From Ophelia neglecta (Eukaryota), in the NCBI GenBank assembly GCA_965285935.1, contig OZ260664.1, positions 96,100,001 through 96,164,000 of the forward strand: a DNA stretch of 64,000 nucleotides. Reading direction: 5' to 3'. The position numbers and the translations under genes were made by a program. A model generated the notes under the pieces. The model was not told the origin of the DNA, made no database searches, and saw nothing but the letters and a program-made list of their open reading frames with translations. Below, one piece after another: positions 50,501 to 64,000 of the stretch (its first letter is position 1; each line of letters opens with the position of its first letter).

Positions 50501-53500
50501 CGTCCGAAAGGATCTGGAGAAGTCTGTTGGGAACTGTCACGTGATGGAAGTTTGCCTCTTTCTCATTGGGAAAAAATAGGTCAGGGGTCCATAGTTGTTC
50601 CACCATTGTCGCAGTAAGGGTCAACGATTCGCCGGGCCATGCGGGTTCAAACTCCAGCCGAGGGTCCTGCCACATCTGTCGCAGTAATATGTCTATCTTT
50701 AGATCCTGTAAGAGGAAATATATGAACCAACTGTACTAGCTATGAAAGCAAAAAACGTGATAGTCCCGTGTCATGTGTCACTTGCCTCTTTCGAGTTATT
50801 TATTTGTATTGGAAGAGAGATCATATTGACATATCAATTTATGACATGCGAATCGGGGGCTCTTAAAGCTTTTTTGACCGACGGAGGGACACAATAGATT
50901 ACCTGCCACTTGGTTCTACTTATTACGAGGCTCGTAGACTTGTTTGCGATGTCCTCCAGGACCATTCAAGGCGATTTGTTTGCTTAGTGGACAGGAGTAC
51001 GGAATGTTGGATTGGGGAAAATGGACATTTTATCTAATCAAGCAACTCGTTTACTTGGTCACCCTGAGGCAGAACACTTACCACAAGGGTGGGAAAAGCA
51101 TTCACTTTATCTTAACGGGACATTATGGTAATGCCGATGCCAGAGTGGACGGTCCATTATGATAAAAACGTAGAGGAGCACTGTTCATTGCCAACCCTTT
51201 CACACACATGTTCCATTTATAACATCATGAATTTAATAAGTTAACAGTTTTGTGCAGTTTAAACGTGTCGGCAACATTTTCCATTTTCAGCGACATTTTC
51301 CATTTCCTTTTTTATTCTCTTCGCATTATTTCTTCAATTTTCAAATCACATACTACTATACATAGAATCGATTATGAATTATACTACTGCATCACTTCTT
51401 GTTAACAAGATTGGATACACGGCAGACAGAGCAAAATCATTCGTCAAAGATTAAGCCATTAAATCTGACCGTAATCATCAGCAAATAGCAGCCACAGGCA
51501 CGCAGTCATAACTTATAAACCATGCGTCTCATGGGTAATTTGAATTTTAAGTTGGTGCGCGAAATATGCAGCTCAGTTCGTCATTTCGAGGCTTTTGATT
51601 GCAGAACAAGGGTCGTGGAAATTTAGCATTAATATTTTGGGCCTTCTGCACTTTTTGTCTTTGTAGCTGCAATAGGGCGTGGGCAAGGATTTAGGACAGA
51701 TTTTTTTATTGTTTATATTTAATGAAAGTTAGGGCAGTTCCAGGTTTCGTTATCGAGAAAAGATTAGATCAATTTTAGATAGTCTTTATTGGGGTTAGGG
51801 TCATGATTAGGGTATTCTACGTTGTATGTACCCGTGTGAGGGTGCGGGTAAGCGAAGTTCTATATTTTCCCTGTTAGGTATAGGGTAATGATTAGGGATG
51901 GTCTACGTGTCTTTATTGTATTTAAGATTAACGCAAAAAATGCTAACCGCCTTGCTGTATAGCATCGGAGGCATAACTTACCTTAAGAAAGTGGCGTTTG
52001 TACATGTGTAATTCAACTCAAGAATGTAATGTAAATATGAGCATTAAAGGCTTTATTAAGTTGGCAGCGTGGATGCGAAAAGGACCTTATTATGCATTGT
52101 CTTGCTCAGATGAAAAAAGCAAATTTGTTTTTATCTTGATTAAATAATGTTCATTTGCCTCATTGCTTAAGGTTGCGCAAGAGCATGCCTAAAACAATAT
52201 CATGCTTCCAGGATTCTAGTATCAGTGATAAATACTTGTTATTGTTTGCAAAAGTGCCAACAGAGAGTGAGGGTAAAGCGCTATTGTTCCATTTGCCCTA
52301 TTCATTTCCTACAGTAGACCCATTCTTATCATTTGAATGTAGATCCAAAATTATCAAAAACCAGCAGCCACAAACCCACTTAGTTCAATAAAGTAATGCA
52401 ATGAATACCACAAACATGTTTACGTTAACAGAGATCGGCGAGTAAACACAGTTGTATATTTTAACTAAGGATATGGTCTAAGATTTTGTAATTACTTTTG
52501 ATATCCATATTCAGTGTCGCCAGTAAATCATAATTGGAACCTTTTCTCTTTCACACCTCCAATTGGTGAAGATACTGCTGAAAATGTAGGTCGGCCTTTG
52601 GTCTAATTCTACAGTAATTGACAAGTTCCCAATCTTGATAATTTGCATTGGTATCGCCTATAAAGTATCCATTATATATAATCATCTCGGATTGACATTG
52701 GATATGGAATAAAAACTATTCTTCACATTGGGTTCCACTCGGTAGTCAAATGCCTTTAGCTCATTTATATACTATTGGGCGATGCTTTGACAAGAGCTAC
52801 CAAAGATTGTGGATTTATGTGTACATTTTGTCCTTTCTTGCTGCAGGTCATGATTGCTACAAAATATTCTATTCAACAATTTCAACTTTTCGCCATGTTT
52901 TGTTCCTTATGGAAACTAAGGGTGAACGGTAGGTTTGGTATAAACGTCTCTGTCTTACAGCCTATAACAGAAAATGTCCTTAGGAGCCAGGCCAATCTAA
53001 GCCCTTAACAGTATGTATATATTATTACGGATATATATTAAATTAGTGTTTATCGAACTTTCACATACAAACACAGTACGCATAACAGGGATGTCACACT
53101 AGGGGAGTTGTGGACCTGCATACACACATGAACACTCCATAAAGGTCTTTGGAATGAAAGTCCTAGCTGGTCAATGTGCTGAGATAACAGGCGAATGGAG
53201 CTTGGATATTATCGAAACGGACATGCTATTGCGTGAACCAATTTTCATGTGGGTTAAATTGATAACGACTTATCACTCTTGTTGACCCACGGCAGTAAAT
53301 AACGCATTATTGTGTCAGGAGGAGACCTATTGCCTGTCTGACACAGTCCAGTGGGCAACTTGATTACAACCTTTCAAGCTGTATACATTGGCAGTGTTTT
53401 ACCAGCAATCCATCAACGTTAATTTGAAATTAGCAGAGTGACACGGAAGAAATGTCTGGTATTCATTTAAAAATTTTCAGGGGTTGAGTTGGGTCAACAA

Positions 53501-55897
53501 TTTACATTACAGAATAATACGACTGAATCAGTTGGAGACATATATGGCACAAAGAAACCAAAAGAATCAGGACAACAACTTGTCGGAAATCTGTTGTTCA
53601 TGATATATCTATAGACATCGAATAAGGAGAAGCGATACAGTTACACTCCGCCCCCCCCCCCCCCCCCCCCAGCTCCGAACGCACCAACACAAATGAAGCG
53701 GAATCGCCTTAAACACCAATCGTTTCTCTCCAGTTTATATGTCATTTAGAATTCATGACTAAAGAATGTCTACGACTTTTATGTACCCGTTCACTGTTAC
53801 CCTTGACAAGCTTTGTGAAAGTATTGGTAACTGGTCCTTTTTCCACTTTAAACCACCGCTAATAAAGAAAAGCTCAACATTACAATCTCTTCGTCAAATA
53901 GAATTAACAAACCTTTCCATTTTCGAACAAAACAGTTGCTAAATTTTAATGTAGAGCTTTAGTTCAACGCCTTGAACAAGGATGATTGATCACTTCAGGG
54001 CTAGCGGTAGACACTTACAGCTAAAAGGGCTGAACCCCAAAGGGCCTTCACAGAAATTCACACGACTGGCAAGAATGGGATAGAACAATCCGAGAAACCG
54101 GCCAAGAGCGTTTATATAATAAATCAGTAAACACTCGCCAGCAGGTAATTTTCGCGAATTTCACAATATTCGAGAAACTTCCGCACAAGCAATTCCAAAC
54201 GTAGCTCTATTTTCCATTAGAAATAAGCCGTCCTTTTTTACTTCGGTTACAAGACCGCCTTGGTTAATTTTATTGGAAATTTGGAATAAAATCAATTTGC
54301 CTACTGTATTTTTCTCTGCTAAGGAAAATGATTCCAGAAGCTCAGAATTTACTAGTCGCTGTTTTATGTTGAGATTTAAAATACTTCTTCCTACCATTTT
54401 GGCAAGTTCCTGGGTGTGCCACTGTTTTTCTCATGTAATAAATTTATTCCATTTTTTTTCTTGCATTGCTCATGATTTGCCATATACATTTCATAAACAA
54501 TCACATAAAAAATGATGGCCTAAGACCCTAGCGATAACTTAGAATTACTGTCAATACGGTGTAGTATGATTCTCAAATATTGCCAGTTGACGAAAATACC
54601 TTGGTTTGCTGTAAATGAATGAACACCACCTGAGCCGCTTTTAAGGCTCTTGGGTACGATTGGAAACATCTATGTGACGACAATCTTAATCATAATAAAC
54701 GACCCGACTTGTCCGAGATGGACCATTCCATGAATATTACCACACGCCGCAGGATTAATATGGATGGTGATTATGCTAAACGTTACCCAACGATACGACG
54801 TGTTGATTATGTCATAAGTGTTAATGTAAACCAAATTAAAGAAATTTTCATCTCAATAAAGATAACACGTCAAACAATTGACCCATGAGGATGAACGGCG
54901 CAGCCATTGAGAGGGTGAAGGGATTTAAGCAGCTAGGAGTCGGTGTCTCCGTTAACCTTTGCCGGGTAGCGCCACGTGTCACAATTCCTTTCCCGAGTCT
55001 TCCCAATACTAGACTATGTTAACTGCAAATGACCTCTTAACCTTCTACACAGCGATAATACGGCCTGCTTTATACTATGCCAGTTAGGCCTGGCAATCCT
55101 GGTAGGCGCCGGAACAATCTGAACCTCATGAGTGTATTCAACATTTGGTCTTGAAAATAATACTTCCCGGCGAGCAGTCGGATTACACATACTTCAACTA
55201 TTCCCTACTGAATTTGAGCCTATCACAAACCCAAACCGCAGACTGCAAGCAGCAACCTCACTGCCATCTCCCTATAGTTGCCTTACTACCCCAGTGATTC
55301 AATGTTAAAAGAAAAGACAAAAAAGTTTAATCGATGACCGGTTAAATCAAATATGATTGCTTAGGCCAACTATAAACTTTAGTCAAGTTTCCATGCATTT
55401 GAAAGCTAACTTTTTTATGTTCAATTCAATCCATCGGTTGCAATATGCTATTCTATCATTCAACGTAAACTTGGGAAAGCACACTAGATATACAAATACC
55501 AAACTTAATCCATCTTCAGCTCACACACGCAATATTGTCCCTCACACTGCTGTATGTTCGCTACATCCCTTGTTTTGGCAAGTTCTATGTGACAAAATAA
55601 GTGTTTTAACATATGTTATGCGATACAGCTTGGGTGATGTAGATTTGATAGATACTCTTCTCGGAAGTACCAATAGGATCTCGTTTGATAATGATGAGTA
55701 TTGCTGTCTATTGGTGTTGACATATTTCGGCCCTTATTTTAAACGTATATATGAATATTTTTATATTGCCTCCGAGTGAATCTAGATCATTCCAGAAATT
55801 GTAATGTTACTGGGATAAACATATCATGAATAGTGTGTGTATAGATTGATGCTCTGTTTGTGTTTGTGCTCTTGTTTAGTCAAGGAAAATAAAAAAA

Positions 55898-55929
<32 letters not shown>

Positions 55930-58900
55930 TCCTACCAGTGGTGAAAGTAAATGCTATTATTACCATCATTCTAGATGCGAAGGAATTATAAGAAAACAGT
56001 TGCATTTACGAAGGTTGAGACATGATGCCTATTTTCTAAGTGTGGTGTGCAGTGAGCCTCATTCGGATATTATTATTATTATTATTATCATTATTATTTT
56101 CAAATTTATACACCGCTAATATTCACTAAAAATAAGGCGTTGAAGCTTTTAAATGAGGAAACAATTACAAGAGAAGATATCAGAAATAACATTTCAAAAT
56201 AAGAGAAACAAACAAAGACTAATTTATCTAAAAAAAAAAACGATAATTACCACAGCACCATGGCAAATACATGCTATAGGAGTGAAACAGCGCGAAGTGT
56301 GATGAACTATATCGCTAAGAGGAGTCGACATACACTAGCTTATCACTTTCCCGATTCTACTCGTTCATGTGACAAATGAATACTGAAATATCTCATAAGC
56401 TTAACGTTGGACCGAAAGACCATTGCTAACCCCGTTGATTACTGTTTTGTATGTTGTCGTGGCCAAGCCCCAAAATAACTTAAAAACAATGTGCTATGAT
56501 TGAGAAAGTTTACTTGTACCTATGTGGATTTTTTAAACAGTAATCATGGACTTGTTACGACAAATCTCGTTCAGACTGAATACTGCTCTGTTCTTACGTA
56601 AGACGCCTCTACCCTGTATACTATACTACTCCTGCCCATTCAAAAAAACAGGAGTGGATGCCCAGAAGATAAAGCGAAATCATTGATCACTAATAGTCCA
56701 TGAAATCGGCCCGAAATTATCAGGAAGCAGCAGTCATCATACATGCATCATTACCCATCGGCTACACATGGAATTAACATGTAGTGCGGCTGAAGGAACA
56801 CATGAAAACATTTATTGTAACAATAAATGCATTTCTTGTTTTCATGGGAGTATTTTGTTTTGATAACAGTTATATTACCTATTGTACACACATGCCATTC
56901 TATGCTACATTTTATTGGTACAAGCCAGCCTTAAGGTAATTAGCTATGCAGACTAAACTATTGTGTCAAAGGGGTGAAGGTGGCAAAGCCATTGCCCGGA
57001 TAATAGGTTAGCCCAGAAGCAGCCATGAGGATCAAGACTGGCCAGTTCTACAGACTATCTGCCTTTCAGCGAGCTTCACTCTTACCAGATAGGTGTGTTT
57101 GAAAACACCCTCCCACCTACCCCCGTCATCATCCATCAGTACTTATGTATTGTTGTGGGTTTTCCCCCACCTTTGTAAATTTCCTAATATATTCAATATA
57201 TAACCATTTCAACACAAACATGCGTTGGGTCTTGTTCAATTTACAAATGAACTTCTAAGTGACGGATATGCAAAATAAGAAAAACATTTCTTAAATCAGG
57301 TTACCGCTTCATAAATGTGCGCAATAAAACAACTTCCTTTTCGCGATTAATTGTCGAGGTCTCAACATATGGAGTCCAGCACAAAATGTCGATGTACTTA
57401 ACTTCCTCTTTAGCAATAATTTTGTCCAGGTAGGTATTGAGGTATTTCTCCAAACTATTGGGATTTGTATCTATTCACTCATGACTTTGATTTCATGAAT
57501 ATTCGTCTTAAAGCCATATTGTACATAATCAGGGCACTTTACTTCTCAGGTGTATAGACGATTTATTTTCGTTTAATAACACATACTTCAGACATTATGT
57601 TCATGGAATTTATCCGCCATTTTATAAGTTGATGCCACGAAAAGCTACACTAGTTGTTTTAGATATATTTTTCTCGGAAGACGATTATGGTTATTTAATA
57701 TCAAGTCTTAAAGGCAAAAGAGATGATTTCGATTTTACTATTCCCATTGCTTTATAGTAGTAGTCTGATTTCCCATCATTAAGGGTGTGTACTTCGGGCT
57801 TGTGGCCTTTTTAAGAGCTTGTGCTTTACTGTCTGATTTTAACAAAAGATCCGTAACCATGTTGTCTGAAATACCGACCCAATGTTAAGTATTCTGCAGC
57901 TTAACACGGGCTTTTTTTTCAATTCACGGATAAATAATCAACAAATTTATCAAAGTATAACTCACGGCTTGCGGATTGCCGTAAAGGAATTTATCAGACA
58001 TTAGCATAGTTTATATACGACAAATAACTCTCTGTCGAAAGGTTCGTGTGTAAAATATAGGTGCCACGCAGTATAAGACTATAATGTTTGTAAGTGATAT
58101 ATTCCATTTACCCTAGGGCCATGGGCCATAGGCATCTATTTCACATCGTATGTTGCAGATGCACGTTATAAGTCATACAAAAGGGTGACTAGCTATAGTT
58201 GATTTTAGAAATTTAACATCGTATTGCATCTTCGAGGAAATATAATACACGTTTCCTCTTTAGTATAGAAATAACTTTTGCATCAATGCCCTGTTTTTCG
58301 AGAAAAACCTCTGAATTTTGAGGTAGGTTAGACAAACATTGACTATCCTAGAGCATATTTCATTTCTGTTCCACGGTGAAACCCAGGGGCCGGTTTCTGG
58401 AAGGGGTCTTACGTTTTGGGATTAGATTAGCCTAAGACCGATTTGCTGAGGCCATGTTAAGCAGTGTTTCCACTGACCAGGATGAAGTTTAAGACCAAAA
58501 TGGCTTGGTTTAAGACCTAATCCAGCTTCAAGAAACCCCGATTAGTGAGTAAAGACCGATTAAGCAATTTAATCCAGATTTTAATCCGAGTTTAGAGTTA
58601 AGACCGCTTCCAGAAACCCGGCCCAGTATTCCAATAGAAGAAGTGATTCCGCACACCGTGCCGATTTTCTTTTTTCCACTTTCTTTGCCTTAGACATAAG
58701 GACCTTTTAGTTTGAAATTTGGTCTTTTTTTTGAATAAATTTCATTTCGAACATCATAAAACGAACATTAGTGAGATGTTTGCACACATTTCATCTGTAT
58801 TTCCCGTAATTTTCATGTTAATTACACAGCCCGTCTTGGGGATAACTGTGCAACAATGACTTGGGAGTTTCACCCATGACAATTATTAATTTTTAAGAAG

Positions 58901-61900
58901 CGGTTGACTGTGTAAAATTGGCTATTGGACCCACGTATGCTGCTGTAAATGGCCAGACGGGCTTTTGCAGTTCCAAATATGAACATGGTCGTTTATCTCC
59001 AGCTTTTCCCAATGGTGAATAGACCCGTTTCAACGGTCCTGCTTAGACTAATACTCCTAATTGGCAGTGCCGAGGCTTATCTTTTGCTATTTGTCAAACC
59101 CATCAAGCATATTTTTACTCAATGCAAGTCCCCGACAGTTGAAGCAGAGCAATTTGTTCAATCCACAAGAGCTTATGTGCCTGTCTATCTATGCCTGATT
59201 GTAATAAAGGCATATACGTCGGCTAGAAACTGTTTTCCAGAAGGCAGTCTAGCAAGGTTGCTCGTCATTGTTCGGTAATTGCTCTTAATGGGGTATCATT
59301 AGTCAAGATTGGGAGGATGAGCGTATTGAAAAGAAGCATTGATTTGTAGTAAATGTAAAACTCACAATATGATTGGTACTACGACCTTAAAATGGTTACT
59401 TTTGTTTTCATTTGGTACAAAAGAAGCACTAAAGCTCCCACGACGAAAACTATTTCAAATTACCATAACGTTTCTTGCTCTTTCGGGAACATGACATCTA
59501 GAAGAACTGTGTAGCTAAATTGCATTTAACAGAGCACTGAATGGATCGACAGTCTGCTACTGGACTGATATAGCATGTATCATTGTTGTAAAGTATCTAA
59601 ATGCCAATAACAATGGCAATAACAATATTGTCATTACAATACTTCATCATCCCCATGTGCTTTCTTTAGAACACAAATGTGGCATTCGGTAATAAGAGGT
59701 CCCAAGAAACATTTTAAAATTTTGTTATTTTTCTTGTTTATTTGGATTTAATTGTCAAGGTTCCTTATCTATCACCCGGCTTTAAGGCAATATACAATGT
59801 ATTAATTGTGGCAATGTGTTTCACAATGAAAGAAGACTCAATAGAAATGGCCAAGACCTCAATATGGAAAATGTGCAGGCATTTGCCCCACTGTCCGGAG
59901 TCTATAAATATATCAGACGATTTTTTGTCACATTGGGAATTCAGCATCATGTTTCATCCTGAGCAGTAACCCTTGTCTTTACGCTTACGTAAGCACAGTA
60001 ACTCGTGACCTTAACGGGCTTGCAAACGAATCGTGGCCTGTAGTCACTAAATGTGTGATGATTGTGTTTTAGTAATTGGCTACTCTAACAGGTATCTTTG
60101 AAAAGAAGTCTAAGGGTAAGGGGCCTTCACATTGGTGCCATTGGTCGAGCAAAAAAAAACATAGACAAACACATATACAGAACTGAAAATTGTAAACACT
60201 GAGTTCAGTTCATTTATAGCCGCACTGTTTTCGATGGTCCGTGTTGATATATGTGTCCCTTAATTACTATGTCACCCCACCATTATTTTTCAAGTGACTG
60301 TACGTCAGGATCAATTCTATTGAGATAATCGTGATAACGATTTTTATTTACCTTAGGGACATTCAGTATGATTTTCAGCTTTCTTGTGTTCAGGAGAAAC
60401 AAGTACCTCAAAATAAGCAATATACCCCCCCCCCCTCCATCTCCACCAAACACGATCCTATCTGCTAATTAGATTGCCTCATGTATTTAAATATTTAAAT
60501 TCACACGAGATACGGGCATGTCTACCACACATTCAAGCTTAAGTCACGCGACCAATTCTTACTTCAACTAAAATCATTTGAGTTACCATACTGTTTCTCC
60601 CTCCAATGTACGCAAATAAAGTGTACAAGGAACAGTCCGTTTAAACGTTGGAAACCTTTCGGTCGAATGCATCAGGAAAGCACTTATTTACCCAGCTGTA
60701 CATTTTACACTTAGCCATGAAACATTATATCTTTAAAAGAGTCATGGAAATGTTTTTATATCAAATTTGGTGCATAGAATAGCTGCAGCAGTCTTGTTTA
60801 AACTCGAATGGTCAATTGAAATTAAGATCCTATATAACTATGACTCTTCCAGAAGGAGTGTATGAGAAACGGTTTGAGTACAATATGAACAAAATATCAC
60901 CATAAAATGAACGCGTTACCAGCCTGCGGGTTATGTACCGGAAATTATGTGGAATAATGTAAAGTATTACATTTTAGAAATATTGCTGGTCCCGATAAAT
61001 AAATAAGACAGATTACCTAAAAAAGTCACTAAATATTTTATTGGGTTTGCTTTCACAGTTTGTGGTCTATAACTAGGAAGTTATTCAATTTAAACTGTTT
61101 GTGACAGAAATGTGCCATTAATAAATAAATCCATTGAGGTTCCTTCCACAATGAAAACAAAAAGGACGGTCAAGCAACAATGACCATTTGGCTCATTCGG
61201 TCGCCTGGCTCAAACTAGGGCGTCTTAATAATATCGCTCCATCTCACAAGCTTGATTTAATAAACGGAGAAGTGGTGAGTCGTGATGGGTGTCATGTTAT
61301 ATTTGCAGATCATCATATTGCAGTATAAAGAATGGAAAATTAATTTACTCGTCTCAAAGACATGACTCAATAGTTTTGCAAGATAGGACACCACGGATAA
61401 CTGTGTTCGTTTGGGACAACGGTACTGGCATTCAAATCACATATCTGATGAATAGCATGTCATCAAAACGCCAAGTTTGATCACTTAAATAAGAAAACAA
61501 GCGTCCCTCTATTTGAATGAGTTACGATAAAGCATTTATCTAAGATGCCCGTGAAGCCTAATTGTTTGGGAAATGTCAATGCATGTACGTTGCTGGAAGA
61601 TTATGATGTAGTTTTCAAATCATGAATATCTTCCCATTTTTGTTTGTTCATGAAATTCTGCTTCTTAGACAGGAGGAATTTGATGTTCAAATAGTGAAAC
61701 ATCCAGTTTTTTTATGATAGTAAAGCACAAATATAAATGTGTAATTGTTAACAATTGCACCGTGTAATCATATAGACTGGATTATGTCAATTCGGTCGAA
61801 ATCATCCATGTAAACGACAGTAAATATAATGCCATCTTTTACATTATTCATAAGAAAAATCATACAACTGTTTTGTGACCTACCATGTTAACTTCACTGA

Positions 61901-61951
61901 TGGATCCTAATGTGATAACATGACAATCAACATGGACAGCGACTGGCTTAG
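44557..61951 (-). CDS. Cys-loop anion channel subunit, glycine/GABA receptor-like (partial; 5' exons probably outside the window)
   Basis: Exons (minus): 61951-61884 (68 nt, [22 protein letters not shown]), 50705-50479 ([22 protein letters not shown]), 49863-49781 (83 nt, Cys-loop [15 protein letters not shown]), 46807-46658 (loop F/C), 45776-45624 (M1, [10 protein letters not shown]), 45312-45095 ([11 protein letters not shown]3), 44757-44557 (M4, TAG). The PAR motif indicates anion selectivity; the second loop-C disulfide is as in GlyR. Confidence 0.92.
47690..48830 (-). mobile_element. Highly degenerate Ty3/Gypsy-like LTR retrotransposon remnant
   Basis: Broken frames give SPIVK..G and [11 protein letters not shown], resembling RT SP.VLV.K and MPFGL.NAP. 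Upstream lie gag-like low-complexity frames and a TGGTGAC PBS-like motif near 48815. No intact LTR pair found. Confidence 0.4.
52440..52800 (+). mobile_element. Possible L1/Tx1-like RT remnant
   Basis: The fragment GYGLRFCNY and neighbouring frames resemble the L..MGFG..F..WI region of L1-clade RT; heavily decayed. Confidence 0.25.
54890..55300 (+). mobile_element. Degenerate LINE (CR1/L2/Rex group) ORF2 C-terminal fragment
   Basis: [17 protein letters not shown] and [20 protein letters not shown] match the consensus IERV..FKLLGV and L..FY...IRPVLEYA..VW. Confidence 0.7.
55899..55927. repeat. (AATC)n microsatellite
   Basis: About seven tandem AATC units. Confidence 0.9.
57385..57950 (+). 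mobile_element. Degenerate Penelope-like retroelement RT remnant
   Basis: Ordered fragments [29 protein letters not shown] (FRYIDD-like), IYP, CFLD-like, [12 protein letters not shown] and RAC..SDF. Confidence 0.6.
58387..58623 (+). mobile_element. Complete Harbinger-type MITE (237 bp) with CAG TSD
   Basis: TIRs GGGCCGGTTTCTGGAAGGGGTCTTA and TAAGACCGCTTCCAGAAACCCGGCC; CAG flanks both sides (58384-58386, 58624-58626). Confidence 0.88.
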
Positions 61952-64000
61952 CTGAAAGGAGAAATAGACAATTCATTACCATCAAAGATAAACATTATCA
62001 AATATGTCTTATTTATTTATCGGTACCAGCATAAACCAAACCTGGCCTTGAGGCAAGTGTCTGGTCGGTTGTAAACAAGGTATGAAAGTTTGAAAGAGGT
62101 CTCAAACCAAGCATTACGAATAACTTTTGTTGCAGTAATTGATCCAGCAACTTTAGAAAACTTTCTTTGCTTTCAGTTTATATAACTTACTTTCCACTTT
62201 GCTGAAGTTTGTATTAAACGTGTAACTTTTGCATTTGAAATTATATTAGGATTTTTGTTGAGTAGCTCACACGATTGCGATACATTCGTTCCCTTTGTGA
62301 ACTTCCTTCAACCCCAGATTACTGATCTTTACTTTGATATTCTTAATTTTTTCAATGAAATGGGTTTGTGATTATTATTAGGTTATTTATTAATTGTATT
62401 TATTATCACTGTTTGGGCTAGATTTGATCTGATTAAGATTTTATCCTTTGTATGCCAAAAAGGAATAGTCAATGGCTTGGATAAGGTTTGTACTTGTTAT
62501 GTTATACCTCGCAGGGCGCCCGTAATTTTCAATCTTACTCTTCGTAAATCGCTTATTGTATTTCTGCTACTTATAGACGAACAAATACTATGAACCAATA
62601 TAAGCGAAAAAGATCCCTTTGTACGTGTAATGAATGTATGTATTGAATAATGTTTTTATCAGATAGACCTCACCCTGTCGGTAACTCATAATCGATAGCT
62701 TGTACAGCATATAGGAAATGCGAGGGAACATCCGCAAACGAATTATTCTTAAACATAGCTTGGATGTATAATGAAGTTTTCCTGTTTACACCTACCTAGA
62801 CCAGTTAAAGGTGCCCACTGCAGAAGTGTCATTATGGACCTACAAATTGCCCTTTTCATAAGAATGCGCACTGACTAGACAAAATTAATAAAGACGACGA
62901 CTTTCTGTGATATTAGGCCGGTAAGATTTATTTTCTAATTAATTTATTAATTTTAGAAACTATTTTTTTTAATTAACATTCAGTCACTACCGTCATTGTA
63001 CACCTGATGCTGTTGCTTTCCGTTAACGGTTTTTCCATTCAGAAGTGTTGACAAAAGAGAATTAATAATCACTCATCAAAGTAACCTTGACATTGATATC
63101 CAATTAGGAATTGATCGATCACATTTCATAGGAATGCAAGACTATAGCCTTAAAGGGATTGTCTTCCAACCCTCGTCTGAAATAAGGTAAGTCTCAATGA
63201 ATGCACATTTTTGGCGGTTTAGTAATTAAATATTAATTATTTAATTATTTAATTACTATAACAAAAAATATATTACTAATACATATTTAGCAGGTGGTTT
63301 AGTAAATCTGGTAATGTAATTGACTTTTCGCTGACATGTTATTATCTAAGCTCTTTCATCGCTATGAGGGAGAAGCCTTCCATGTCGGGACCATCTCTAC
63401 CCTGTAGTGTAATTACCAACTTAACCTCTTCTTGGCCCCGATAACCTTATCACTACCTACTTCTAGCCATTATCGTTAACACGGGAATAGCTCGGTAAAA
63501 CAGCCAAGACACTTCTTATTCCCGGAGAAGGCGGTCGGAGGTAGCCCTTGATTATATCAATTCCTCGTCAATCACCAATACGGAGTCGGGTCACATTGAT
63601 CGATAAAGTACCACTGATTTTATTTCGAACGCCAGCGTTAGCAGCAAAATTGGGCATACAACAGTATTTCTACTTCAAATTCAAATGAGTTTGAAATCAA
63701 TCTTATATCATTATCACTTACTGCGGACCATTTGGTCCACAGAAAGTTTATTCCACTCAGCGATTGATTAAAAGTAAAAGGGGGCTTGGTAATACATAGT
63801 TAGTTAACAAACGTCCTGTAGTGTATTGGTGTTGGACAGAGACGAAAGTATTGTGATTATATATATCGTAAAATATTGAGAAGCATCGCCCCCATGCGGG
63901 GTGATTTTATGGTAGCCAACTAACGTCTCCCCGCAGGGGCCGAATTTAAGTCCCCCCCCCCCCCTAGCACCCGTAACTAGGCGGGCAGCCTCAATATTAA

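Noticed and set aside
58900-59300. Possible RTE-like LINE remnant on the minus strand (similar debris at 53900-54500 and 63350-63600)
   Set aside because: Only vague motif resemblance; needs a tBLASTn/HMM search.
62672-62735. Short minus-strand frame MFPRISYMLYKLSIMSYRQ with a GTGAGG donor, as first exon of the anion channel
   Set aside because: It is not hydrophobic like a signal peptide, and the expected YD..RP exon is missing; the true 5' exons are probably beyond the window.

Overview
AT-rich, intron-containing animal (invertebrate-like) genomic DNA; nothing prokaryotic, and no CRISPR, rRNA or tRNA was seen. Four spliced genes were reconstructed by hand from splice boundaries and reading-frame phase. 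(1) and (2) are a head-to-head duplicated pair of atypical nicotinic-receptor-like Cys-loop cation-channel subunits (9622-14207 minus; 19197-22594 plus). They have identical exon sizes after exon 1, no loop-C vicinal cysteines, a degenerate acetylcholine aromatic box and a very short intracellular loop. (3) is a 22-exon receptor-type tyrosine phosphatase (signal peptide, EGF-like repeats, FN3, TM, D1, D2; 26515-40487 minus) whose D1 P-loop reads HCSAGIGC instead of HCSAGxGR. (4) is the 3' seven exons of a glycine/GABA-receptor-like anion channel (44557-61951 minus; 5' exons not found), with a probable 5-aa loop C extension. The rest is TE debris: TIR elements and MITEs (several Harbinger-like), a young LINE fragment 17 nt from a splice donor, BEL/Pao, Gypsy, Penelope-like and LINE remnants, and minisatellites. 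The best candidate for an undescribed system is the divergently transcribed orphan nAChR-like pair, possibly chemosensory or non-ACh-gated.
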